From: Thermoplasmata archaeon
GTDB lineage: Archaea > Thermoplasmatota > UBA186 > UBA287
Direction: 5' to 3'
Assembly: GCA_011620765.1 (NCBI GenBank)
Contig: WOYO01000082.1
Coordinates: 8,259-72,258 of the forward strand
Length of the DNA: 64,000 bases
In this document: one piece after another, positions 28,747 through 38,700 of the stretch
How positions within the stretch are numbered: the first letter of the stretch is position 1
How the letters are laid out: each line of letters begins with the position of its first letter
Notes under the pieces: generated by a model
The model's input: only the letters and a program-made list of their open reading frames with translations
What the model was told of the DNA's origin: nothing
Database searches by the model: none
Made by a program: the position numbers and the translations under genes

Positions 28747-29760
28747 ATGAAACTCCGAGACTACATAGCTAGAAGATTGCTTTTGCTGATACCCACAATA
28801 ATCGGTGTAACGCTGGTCACCTTTTTGCTGACAAACCTTATGCCAGGCAATCCTGTCAGGCTTTTGCTAGGTGAGAGAGCAGCCAGCCCCGAAACGATAG
28901 CTGCATTAGAAGCGCAATACGGGCTTGATAGGCCTTTGTACATAAGGTATTTTGTCTACTTAAGAAATCTTTTTATGGGAGATCTCGGTATGGCGATACA
29001 CACCCCTTTCCCGGTAAGCACAGAGATCATGGCGAGGCTGCCAGCTACGATAGAGCTTGGCGTTACCGCATTAGTGCTAGCAACCATTGTTGGAATTGCT
29101 GTCGGTATAATCTCTGCCGTAAGGAGCAACAGACTTTCCGATCACGTGAGTAGAGTTTTTGCTCTCACAGGTGTTTCAATGCCCGTTTTCTGGCTTGGCC
29201 TGATGCTTCTCCTTTTATTTTATTACAGGCTCGGGTGGCTTCCGGGTATGGGAAGACTTTCAGTAAGCATAGGGTTGGAGCATATAACAGGATTGCACAC
29301 GATAGATGCGATACTCACAGGCAATCTGACAGCATTTGTTGATGCAGTAAAGCATCTCATATTGCCCGCCTTCTGTCTTTCATGGCTCGAAATGGCAATG
29401 ATAATGAGGATCACCCGCTCAAGCATGTTAGAGGTCATAAGGCAGGACTACATAAGGACAGCAAGAAGCAAAGGGCTTAGAGAAAGGGTTGTGATATACA
29501 GGCATGCACTGCGCAATGCTATGATACCAACCATAACGATTGTGGGTCTTTCTGTTGGTGCTTTGCTTGGTGGGGCTGTTTTAACTGAAACAGTTTTTGC
29601 ATGGCCAGGCATAGGCAGTTTTATGGTTGAGTCCATATCCTTTAAAGATATCCCTGTAGTCCTTGGCATAACTGTTGTTCTTGCCTTTGCCAATATCTTT
29701 TCAAATCTTATTGTGGATATTCTTTATGGGGTACTGGATCCAAGAGTGAGGTATGGTTAA
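28747..29760 (+). CDS. dppB: Peptide ABC transporter permease (DppB/OppB)
   Basis: RLPATIEL, DYIRTARSKGL EAA loop, LDPRVR. Confidence 0.92.
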   Translation: MKLRDYIARRLLLLIPTIIGVTLVTFLLTNLMPGNPVRLLLGERAASPETIAALEAQYGLDRPLYIRYFVYLRNLFMGDLGMAIHTPFPVSTEIMARLPATIELGVTALVLATIVGIAVGIISAVRSNRLSDHVSRVFALTGVSMPVFWLGLMLLLLFYYRLGWLPGMGRLSVSIGLEHITGLHTIDAILTGNLTAFVDAVKHLILPAFCLSWLEMAMIMRITRSSMLEVIRQDYIRTARSKGLRERVVIYRHALRNAMIPTITIVGLSVGALLGGAVLTETVFAWPGIGSFMVESISFKDIPVVLGITVVLAFANIFSNLIVDILYGVLDPRVRYG

Positions 29761-30655
29761 AATGTTTGAAGAGATGAGAAAGGAACCATTCTTTAAAGAG
29801 ATGCGCTATTCAATGCACCTTCTGGGGCAGTCATATCTCTCCATAGCGGGGCTTGCGATAATACTCCTCTTTGTTTTTATGGCAGTGTTCACTTCCTTTA
29901 TTGCTCCATATGAGCCAAACGTTATTGACCTTGCAAACACCCTTCAACCGCCATCCTTAGAGCACCTGATGGGCACAGATGAATATGGTAGGGATGTATT
30001 CTCGAGAGTTATTTATGGCACAAGATATGCTTTTTTGGAGGGTTTACTTGCAGTCTCCATATCCCTTACTGTAGGCACAACCTTAGGGTTACTATCAGGT
30101 TATAGAGGAGGCATGACGGATGAAGTAACTATGAGATTGATGGATATACTCCTGGCTTTCCCGTACCTTGTGCTGGCTATATGCATTGTCAGTGCTCTCA
30201 TGAAGCCAGAAGGGGGCTTTTTCTTAGACCCGCTGATGAGTGGCATTCTAGCGATATCTATTGTGTCTATACCTTCTTACGCAAGACTTGTCAGGGGTAC
30301 TGTTCTCTCAGTTAAGGAAACGGAGTTCGTTGAAGCTGCCAGGGCGAATGGGGCCTCTTCCTTAAGAATAGCTTTTGTTCACATATTGCCAAACTCTCTG
30401 GCGCCAATAATAGTTGAAGCCACAATGAGCCTGGGTACTGTTGTGATAAGCGCTGCTGGCCTGAGCTTCATAGGCCTTGGAGCGCAACCACCTACTCCGG
30501 AATGGGGAGCTTTAATAGCATCAGGAAGATTTCTGTTACCAACGTACTGGTGGTGCGCTACATTCCCGGGTATAATGATTCTGTTGTTTGTTATGGGTTT
30601 CAACCTTTTCGGAGATGGCCTTAGGGATATTCTTGATCCGAGGTTGAGGAGGTAG
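29753..30655 (+). CDS. dppC: Peptide ABC transporter permease (DppC/OppC)
   Basis: GTDEYGRDVFSR, EFVEAARANGA, GDGLRDILDPR. Confidence 0.92.
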   Translation: MVKMFEEMRKEPFFKEMRYSMHLLGQSYLSIAGLAIILLFVFMAVFTSFIAPYEPNVIDLANTLQPPSLEHLMGTDEYGRDVFSRVIYGTRYAFLEGLLAVSISLTVGTTLGLLSGYRGGMTDEVTMRLMDILLAFPYLVLAICIVSALMKPEGGFFLDPLMSGILAISIVSIPSYARLVRGTVLSVKETEFVEAARANGASSLRIAFVHILPNSLAPIIVEATMSLGTVVISAAGLSFIGLGAQPPTPEWGALIASGRFLLPTYWWCATFPGIMILLFVMGFNLFGDGLRDILDPRLRR

Positions 30656-30663
30656 ATGATAAG

Positions 30664-31647
30664 ATGGATCTATTAGAGGTTAAGGATCTCAAAACATACT
30701 TTTACACTTATGAAGGCACTGTGAAAGCCCTGGAGGGTGTAAGCTTTTCTGTTGGAAACCGTAAAACCATGGGGCTTGTTGGGGAAACTGGATGCGGAAA
30801 GAGCGTCACAGCCCTCTCAATAACAAGGCTTATACCTGATCCCCCGGGCAAGATAATTGCTGGTAGCGTTCTCTTTAAGAAAAAGGACCTCTTGAAAGTG
30901 AGCGATGAGGAGATAAGAGCAATAAGAGGAAAGGACATATCTATGATATTTCAGGAGCCAAAGTCTGCTCTCAACCCTGTCTATACCATCGGAGATCAGA
31001 TAGCAGAAAACGTTCTTCTGCATGATGAAGACTTAAAGAACCTGAGCAAAAAAGAAAAGAAGAGAGAAGCCTGGGCAAAATCTATAGAGGCTCTCAGGGT
31101 GGTAGGGATAGCAGAGCCTGAGAGGATTGCCCGCTCTTACCCACATGAGCTCAGCGGTGGCATGTGCCAGAGAAGCATGATAGCTTTAGCGATGGTGTGT
31201 AATCCTTCATTGCTTATAGCTGATGAGCCAACAACAGCCTTAGATGTGACGATACAGGCACAGATACTTGAGCTCATGAAAGATCTGATAAAGAAGTTTG
31301 ACTCTTCTGTTCTTCTGATAACCCATAACCTTGGCGTAGTTGCTGAGACATGTGATGATGTTGCAGTGATGTACGCTGGAAAGATAATAGAGAAGGGCAA
31401 TGTAAGAGAAGTTTTTAAAGAACCATTGCATCCATATACAAAAGGATTGATGGAAGCAATACCGAGTGTTGAAAAAAGAAAGGAAGCGTTAAAGAGCATA
31501 CCCGGCTCTGTTCCAAATCTTATCAATCCTCCATCAGGCTGCAGATTTCATCCCAGATGCCCTTATGTCAAAGAGATATGTAAGGAGAAGGAGCCCGAGC
31601 TCTTTGATGGTAGGGTTGCCTGCTGGCTCTATGGAGGGGCAAGATGA
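30664..31647 (+). CDS. dppD: Peptide ABC transporter ATPase (DppD/OppD)
   Basis: [27 protein letters not shown]-terminal GCRFHPRC. Confidence 0.93.
   Translation: MDLLEVKDLKTYFYTYEGTVKALEGVSFSVGNRKTMGLVGETGCGKSVTALSITRLIPDPPGKIIAGSVLFKKKDLLKVSDEEIRAIRGKDISMIFQEPKSALNPVYTIGDQIAENVLLHDEDLKNLSKKEKKREAWAKSIEALRVVGIAEPERIARSYPHELSGGMCQRSMIALAMVCNPSLLIADEPTTALDVTIQAQILELMKDLIKKFDSSVLLITHNLGVVAETCDDVAVMYAGKIIEKGNVREVFKEPLHPYTKGLMEAIPSVEKRKEALKSIPGSVPNLINPPSGCRFHPRCPYVKEICKEKEPELFDGRVACWLYGGAR
31525..31602 (+). repeat. 78-bp direct repeat, copy 1 (dppD 3' end)
   Basis: Identical to 32505-32582. Confidence 0.9.
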
Positions 31648-32621
31648 TAGAGATGGAGAGAGCAACGACGGATACGATTATACTAGCAAAAGATCTGAAA
31701 AAATATTTTCCGGTGAGAGGAGGAGTTTTTTCCAGGGTTGTAGACTATGTTCATGCCGTCGATGGCGTATCTATTGATATAAAAAAGGGCGAGACCTTCG
31801 GGCTTGTTGGGGAGAGCGGTTGCGGTAAGACCACTTTCGGAAGAACGCTGATGAGGCTTATAGAGCCCGATGGAGGAAGGATAGTTTTTAATGGTGAGGA
31901 CATAACAAAAATAAAGGGAAAAGATCTCGCAGAGATACGCAGGGAGATGCAGATAGTGTTTCAGGATCCCTTTAGTTCTCTTAACCCGAGGATGACAATA
32001 AAGAAGATAGTTGGAGAACCTCTTCTGTTGAACGGCATAAAAGGTAAAGATCTGCGTGAGAGAGTCATCGATCTGCTTGCTCTGGTAGGGCTCAATGAAG
32101 AGCATATGAACAGGTATCCGCACGAGTTCTCAGGTGGGCAGAGGCAGAGGCTATGCATAGCCAGAGCCATAGCAACCAATCCAAAGTTCATAGTTCTTGA
32201 CGAACCGACCAGCGCTCTTGACGTCTCGGTTCAGGCACAGATCTTAAATCTACTTATAGATCTGCAAAATAGACTTGGAATGGGCTATCTGATGATAAGC
32301 CATGATCTTAGTGTTGTAAGGCACATAAGTCAGAGGGTTGCTGTGATGTATCTTGGTAAGATAGTGGAGAAAGGTAAGACAGAGGAGATATTCGAGAACC
32401 CACTACATCCATACACCAAAGCTTTGCTCTCAGCCGTGCCTGTGCCCGATCCAGATAGGAAAAGGAACAGAATACTGCTTACCGGAGATGTACCGAGTCC
32501 TGTTAATCCTCCATCAGGCTGCAGATTTCATCCCAGATGCCCTTATGTCAAAGAGATATGTAAGGAGAAGGAGCCCGAGCTCAAAGGTGATGAGCGCTCT
32601 GTTGCCTGCTGGCTCTACTGA
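31644..32621 (+). CDS. dppF: Peptide ABC transporter ATPase (DppF/OppF)
   Basis: [34 protein letters not shown]. Confidence 0.93.
   Translation: MIEMERATTDTIILAKDLKKYFPVRGGVFSRVVDYVHAVDGVSIDIKKGETFGLVGESGCGKTTFGRTLMRLIEPDGGRIVFNGEDITKIKGKDLAEIRREMQIVFQDPFSSLNPRMTIKKIVGEPLLLNGIKGKDLRERVIDLLALVGLNEEHMNRYPHEFSGGQRQRLCIARAIATNPKFIVLDEPTSALDVSVQAQILNLLIDLQNRLGMGYLMISHDLSVVRHISQRVAVMYLGKIVEKGKTEEIFENPLHPYTKALLSAVPVPDPDRKRNRILLTGDVPSPVNPPSGCRFHPRCPYVKEICKEKEPELKGDERSVACWLY
32505..32582 (+). repeat. 78-bp direct repeat, copy 2 (dppF 3' end)
   Basis: Identical to 31525-31602. Confidence 0.9.
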
Positions 32622-32643
32622 TCTCTGCTCTGTATCAGTCGGT

Positions 32644-32769
32644 TTAGAGCCATACAAAAAGGACCATATATACTATGAGTAGGGCAAGAATGAGTAAGAT
32701 AAATGGCAGGGCTACGGTCTCTAAAGCCGCTATAAATAGGGCTATATAGTCCTTCCAGTCAGGCTTCAT
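32644..32769 (-). CDS. 41-aa small membrane protein (not in ORF track)
   Basis: MKPDWKDYIALFIAALETVALPFILLILALLIVYMVLFVWL; fills the gap between dppF and the OFOR gamma-subunit gene, AT-rich promoter-like region upstream. Confidence 0.6.
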   Translation of the reverse strand: MKPDWKDYIALFIAALETVALPFILLILALLIVYMVLFVWL

Positions 32770-32823
32770 ATACTTAATCTCTTTTTTAGTATATCTTTTT
32801 AAGCAGGAAAACCTTTTTTCTTT

Positions 32824-33321
32824 ATGGTTTCAATAAGGTTTGTTGGTTTTGGGGGGCAGGGAGTTGTTCTGGCGAGCACTATATTGGCGGAAGCAGCAAG
32901 CATGGAAGGCAAACATGCTGCACAGAGCCAGAGTTACAGCGCACAGGTGAGAGGGGACATAACAAGGGGGGATACCATAATATCCTCTGAGCCCATAATC
33001 TATCCTGTGGTTGAAAAGCCAGACATCATTGTAGCTATGGATGAAAAAGGCTTAAAAAAATACTGGAGTGATGATGCTGTTGTTGTGTATGACTCTTCTC
33101 TGATAACACTAACAGGCAAGAAAGAGGATGAAAAAGGGATAGCCGCAAATGCGATGGCAATGAAGGAGCTATCTTCTGCGCTCTACGCAAACATGGTCCT
33201 TCTCGGCTATCTGGTTAAAGAAACAGGTATAGTCAGCGCTGAAAGTGTTAAAAAGGTTCTTCAGAAGCATCCCAGAGCAGAAGAGAACATGAAGGCTTTT
33301 GAGCTGGGCTTTTATCAATAG
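32824..33321 (+). CDS. 2-oxoacid:ferredoxin oxidoreductase gamma subunit
   Basis: GFGGQGVV, QSYSAQVRG, ANMVLLG, NMKAFELG. Confidence 0.88.
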   Translation: MVSIRFVGFGGQGVVLASTILAEAASMEGKHAAQSQSYSAQVRGDITRGDTIISSEPIIYPVVEKPDIIVAMDEKGLKKYWSDDAVVVYDSSLITLTGKKEDEKGIAANAMAMKELSSALYANMVLLGYLVKETGIVSAESVKKVLQKHPRAEENMKAFELGFYQ

Positions 33322-34709
33322 GTTTTTGCGCCATATGCTATGGTGTCGCAATCTCTATGGCAGGAGATGCATCTTCCCTTTTCCTTCTCGCTGCCTGTGC
33401 CCAGCAAGGATACGCCCAAAGATTCTTCTATAGCGTGCCCGCACTCTTCACTTCCGCACCAGTTGAACCTTGCTATCTTTCTGCTGACCTTTCTTTTATT
33501 CATATCCTCTATGTTTACTATTTTTTCCCTGAGGAGCTTCTCTGCCTTTTTGTAGAGCCTATCGCTGAGCGCATTCAACTCTTTCTCCACTGTTTCTTTC
33601 ACATCCTCTTTAGCTATCTTTATCTTCTCTTTCGTATCCCTCGGCACAATCACAACACAGCCCTCATCAACCTCCCTGGGCCCTATCTCTATTCTCAGAG
33701 GCACGCCCTTCTTTTCCCAATCATAATACTTGTTCCCCGGGGTTATAGCTCTCTTATCTATCACAAAGTCTTTGAGATCCTCATGTACCTCATCCGCGAA
33801 TTCCATAACCCTCTTTTCCTTACCCTTGAATATCACCGGTATGATGACGCCTTTTATAGGCGCTATTGCCGGTGGCAGAATGAGGCCTGTGCTATCAGAG
33901 TGCAGTAACACCACAGCGCCTATGAGTCTCTCACTCATCCCATAGGTTGTCTGATGCACGTAGTGCTCCTTGCCTTCATCATCTTTGTATTTTATGTTGT
34001 AAGCCTTTGAAAAATTGTCCCTATAGTTGTGGATAGTCCCTATCTGCAGGGTTTTTCCTTCGGGCATGAAAGCATCAGCGCCCATGCTATAGTAAGCGCC
34101 GGCGAACTTGTCCCACTCAGGTCTTCGGTTTAGGAGGTAAGGGATGCAGAGCTTTTTTCCTATGTTTGACATTATCTCAACATCCTCTGCTATCTGTTTT
34201 TCAGATTCCTCAAATGTCTCATGCGCCGTGTGGGATTCAAAGAAATGGATCTCCCTTATCCTTATCAGAGGCCTCGTCTGCTTTGTCTCATAGCGATAGG
34301 TATTAACGATCTGAAATATCTTTAGAGGAAGATCTCTGTGGGTCCTTATCCATAGAGCAAAGGATGGGTACATTGCCGTCTCACTGGTAGGCCTGAGCAA
34401 GAGCTTTCTCTTCAGCCTTTTATCGCCCCCATGAGTTACCCAGTAGACCTGGGTGCTGAAGCCCTTTATGTGCTCCTCCTCCTTCTTAAAATAGTTCTCA
34501 GGTATTAGCAAAGGGAAATAGACCTCTCCATGAGATGTTCTTTTCATTTCTTCTCTTATAATAGAGTCAACCCTGTTTCTGATCTCCATGCCATACGGAA
34601 GCCATATGTACATCCCCTTTACCCCATACCTCATATCACATATGCCCGCTTCCAGCATCACATCCCTTTTCGTTTTGCTGCTCTTTTCTTTTTCCGTGCT
34701 CGTTTTCAT
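33315..34709 (-). CDS. proS: Proline--tRNA ligase (archaeal/eukaryotic type)
   Basis: RPTSET, YRYETKQTRPLIRIRE, TYGMSER, GVPLRIEIGPR, C-terminal AKTY. Confidence 0.95.
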   Translation of the reverse strand: MKTSTEKEKSSKTKRDVMLEAGICDMRYGVKGMYIWLPYGMEIRNRVDSIIREEMKRTSHGEVYFPLLIPENYFKKEEEHIKGFSTQVYWVTHGGDKRLKRKLLLRPTSETAMYPSFALWIRTHRDLPLKIFQIVNTYRYETKQTRPLIRIREIHFFESHTAHETFEESEKQIAEDVEIMSNIGKKLCIPYLLNRRPEWDKFAGAYYSMGADAFMPEGKTLQIGTIHNYRDNFSKAYNIKYKDDEGKEHYVHQTTYGMSERLIGAVVLLHSDSTGLILPPAIAPIKGVIIPVIFKGKEKRVMEFADEVHEDLKDFVIDKRAITPGNKYYDWEKKGVPLRIEIGPREVDEGCVVIVPRDTKEKIKIAKEDVKETVEKELNALSDRLYKKAEKLLREKIVNIEDMNKRKVSRKIARFNWCGSEECGHAIEESLGVSLLGTGSEKEKGRCISCHRDCDTIAYGAKTY

Positions 34710-34711
34710 TT

Positions 34712-35770
34712 TTACACCCCCAGAGTTATTCTCAGCGCATCCCTTGTGCCTGGCGCTAACCCCAAGATTATAACCAGAAGCAGAATGATCTTTTTTATCA
34801 TCTCATCTTCATCCTTTATAGCGTATATGATCAAAAAGACAACCGCAATTTTTATCGGTATCATCACCCACGGTCCTGCAAAGTCCATGAAGAGGGAGGG
34901 TAGAACATGCTTTTCGTAATATCCAAAATAGGATAAACCAATGTATGTTGCTGTGGCATCAAGGCTCTGGGAAAAGATCGCCATCAGGCTATAGGGGCTT
35001 TTAAAATAACCTGGAGCCGGCAGAACAAAGGATAGGGCAGTGATCAATGCGGGCAGAGAGAGAGATGCAAGGAGCACCCTGATATCACTGTGAGCAGAAA
35101 GATAGAAGATATAGCACAGGGCAAGAGACAGGAGGAAAAGAGAGAAAATAAGACCCTGCATATGCCAGTCTCTGAATCTAAAGGAGAGAAAAATAAATAG
35201 AGCGCTTACAGCTATGAGATAGAGCGGGCTCATCTCTATTGCCAGATGCGGCTTTAACAGAACAATTGCTGCATCACATACTAAGATACCTGTAATCAGG
35301 GGATAGGGCAATCTGCTATTTTCTGCTCTCTTTGAGGCAAAAATGATGCATAAGAAGAGAATAAGGGTCTGTATGTATATCAGCGGGCTTATGAACAAAG
35401 CCTGGAGAGGAAGAGATAAAAAAAGGCCGAGATCCTCAAGAACCCTCGCAACAGAGCCGTAAATTATCAGAGGGAATAGAGCTAATATGAACCTTTCAAC
35501 ATCCTTTTCGCTGGACCTTTCCTTTAACTTCCCGTAGGATATATAGAGCGCAACTATTGTGAGAACAGCATATGTCAGGGTGTTAACCACATTGTAGCCA
35601 GATATTGCAGTGATCTCATTATACTCTATGCTGTATACACCATTTGCATCTGCTACTATAGGCCCCCAGAAATATTTCCATATGAATTGGTCATAGATTA
35701 TATGTGGAAAAGCTATCGCTATAGCAATGAAAAAGAATACAAATCCAAGGGCAACTAGCTTGGGGCGCAC
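34712..35770 (-). CDS. DUF63-family membrane protein
   Basis: KYFWGPI..D, GYNVVNTLTY, LDATAT...YYEKHV, LGLAPGTRD. Confidence 0.8.
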   Translation of the reverse strand: MRPKLVALGFVFFFIAIAIAFPHIIYDQFIWKYFWGPIVADANGVYSIEYNEITAISGYNVVNTLTYAVLTIVALYISYGKLKERSSEKDVERFILALFPLIIYGSVARVLEDLGLFLSLPLQALFISPLIYIQTLILFLCIIFASKRAENSRLPYPLITGILVCDAAIVLLKPHLAIEMSPLYLIAVSALFIFLSFRFRDWHMQGLIFSLFLLSLALCYIFYLSAHSDIRVLLASLSLPALITALSFVLPAPGYFKSPYSLMAIFSQSLDATATYIGLSYFGYYEKHVLPSLFMDFAGPWVMIPIKIAVVFLIIYAIKDEDEMIKKIILLLVIILGLAPGTRDALRITLGV

Positions 35771-35788
35771 AAAGCAAATGGCGAAAGG

Positions 35789-38700
35789 CTAAAATAAACT
35801 TTTGCTCCACGAAGATAAGGGGAAGGATCTTGTCTCCCCTGGTCCAAGATCCACAACCGCTCCTTTAAATACTATGCCTATAGGGGCTGCATTGCTCGGG
35901 CTAGCGCTTATTATAAGGTTCTCCTTATCTATATGGACTCTTATGTTGTGCTGGCGGTAGAGGAGATTGAATTCCAGCATTTTCAGCTCTTCAGGAAGGT
36001 TGGGGTCAAACCAGAGCATCTCCCCTCTGGTCTCCATTCCCGTATATCCTCTCTGTATGAGATCAACGGTTCCACCCATTGCCCCAAGGTGAACCCCCTC
36101 TGAGGTTGTGCCGCCCTGTATATCGGAGATATCACTTTCAAGAGCTTCTCTGAAGAGCTGCCATGACCTCTCTTTGCTGTATTTCGCCAGGACCCATGAA
36201 TGGACAATCCTGCTCAGAGTTGAGCCGTGGGATGTTCTTTTCATGTAATAATCAATGTTTTTGCATATGATCTCTCTATTCAGTTGATAACCAAGTCTGT
36301 TGAACATGTTCTTAAGTTCATCCTCCGAGAGAAGGTAGAAGAGCATGAGCACATCTGCCTGCTTCGATAACTTGTAGCGGTTTGTAGTATCTCCTTCTGC
36401 TTCCAATATTCTGTCAAGTCTCTGCAGATTTCTGTACTTTTTTCTGTAAAGATCCCAGTCGAACTCCTCTAATGTCCCGTAACGGTCAAACTGGCTTATT
36501 ATCTCATCCCCATGGAAGGGTATTTTCATCCGGTAGCTCATATTCTCCCAGAGCTCTTTTTCCTCCGGGGTAATCCCCAGATCCTCTTCCAGAGCTTCCC
36601 TCCTCTCATCTGATAGCAGTTTTAAAGCATCTAAAGTCCTGCACAGCGTCCAGGCAACCATGACATTTGTGTAGGCATTGTTATCTATGCCGGGCTGCTC
36701 AGCCCCGGGATACCTGTCATGGAACTCATCGGGTCCCATAATACCATGGATCTCGTATCTTCCATGGATATTCTTTGCTATGCTTGCCCAGAAACGGGAT
36801 ATCTCTACAAGCATCTCTGCACCATAATAGGAAAGGAAGTGAAGATCGCCCGTAACCTGGTAATATTGCCAGATGTTGTAGGCTATGGCTATGTTTATGT
36901 GTTTCTGCAACCATGTGTTGTCATCCCTCCATCTACCAGATAGAGGGTTCAGATGGATCCTCTGGCTCTCCTCCCTCCCGTCGCTTCCGCTCTGCCATGG
37001 ATACATCGCTCCTTTGTGGCCCGCATTTCTGGCGGATCTCCTTGCTTCCGGTAGGCGGCGATAGCGATACATGAGCAAAGCCCTTGTGATGTCAGGAATC
37101 CTGAGATTTATGAACGGGAATATGAAGAGCTCATCCCACATTATGAGCCCCCTGTAAGCCTCTCCATGGAGCCCTCTGGGCGGAACACCAGCATCCATAT
37201 CTATCGAGTGCACAGACATTGTCTGAAGGAGATGGAATATGTGCAAATGAAGTATCTGCATGGTCCTTTTATTGTTCACAACCTCCAGGTTGCAGCGTCT
37301 CCAGAGGTGCTCCCATGCGAGCACATGACGCTCAAGTAGCTTTTGAAAGCATTCAGCTGCCCTCACCTCTTTCTCTGCAGCCATCATGCTCTCCGCCACG
37401 GCTCTGTCCCTCGAGGTAAATAGGGAGACTGTCTTTTCAACGCAGATGCTCTCCCCCTGCCTGATATTAACGGAAAAACTCTGGGATACGGATCCCCTAT
37501 CCTTCTCATCCTTCCTTCTCACATCCACAGGTTTCCCGTCCTTTGTGATTCTTGTCCTTGCAGCTTCAGCTATCCTTATATGTGATTGGTTTGTCTCAAC
37601 CTGAAGGGATATGATCTCTCCGTTAGATCTGCTTTTTACAGGCTTCAGATGTGTATTATTGAGCTGTTGATACCTTGCCACACCAGAGTTTTTCACTCTC
37701 CCATCCAGAGATGCTCTGAGCTCTACCTCCCCAGACCAGTTCTCAGCCACAAGTTTCAGCTCAAGTGCTGCAAGATGGGGGTTTGCCATGTGGACCAGCC
37801 TTTTTTCTGTGATAGCCGTGAGCCTGTTCTGATCATCCTTAAATCTGATGAATCTTGTTAACAGGCCTCTCTTCATATCCAGCTCCTCTCTGTAATCAAG
37901 AATATCAAACAGGCGCTCATCGAACCATTTGTCACCAATTCTAAAGGTGAGCGGAAGCCAATTTGGGGCATTCACCAGGCTCTCATTCTCTATAGTTTTA
38001 CCATCAATCCTTGATTTCAGTCTGTTATAGCACCCTGCAATGTAGGTTCCTGGATAATGAAAGTCACTCTCAGGTGAAGCACCCCTCGTTCCAAAGTATC
38101 CATTACCGAGCGTACACAGGGCTTCTCTGGTTTTCTCTTCCTCCGGGACAAAACCATTGTATCTCAGAACCCACGTGTCTTCCTCAAAGTTGTCCAAAAG
38201 GGCTTTCAGAAAGATTTCAACATCTGAAGTATCTTTCAGCGTATAGTCCGCAGCAGTCTTTCTGCTCCCGACCAGGATGGATATCCCCCAACCTTTTATA
38301 GCCCTGAAAGCATCCTCATCTGTTCGATCATCTCCTATGTATATAGGGACAACCTTCGATCCATTTATCCAGAGCTTTTCAATAAACCCTAGCAGAGCTT
38401 TTCCCTTATCCCAATCCACTCTGGGCATAAGCTCAAGGACTTTTTTGCCTGAAGATAGCTTTAGCTCTGGATGGTTGCGTGCTACCTCTTTTACCCCCTT
38501 TTTTACCTTCCCAACATCTTTATCAACCATGCGATAGTGAACAGCTATAGAAAATCTTTTCCTCTCAAAAAGGACCCCTTTGACAGGTCCAAGGGTTCTC
38601 TTTAACTCATTCTCTATGTCTTTGAGGTCTGGTTGCTCTATGGCTTTATTTAATCCATCACACTCCATCTCCAGTCCATGGCTCCCTGCATAACAGATCC

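Noticed and set aside
31525-32582. 78-bp repeats as CRISPR or mobile-element ends
   Set aside because: Only two copies, both in frame within paralogous ATPase C-termini; no spacers, cas or transposase genes
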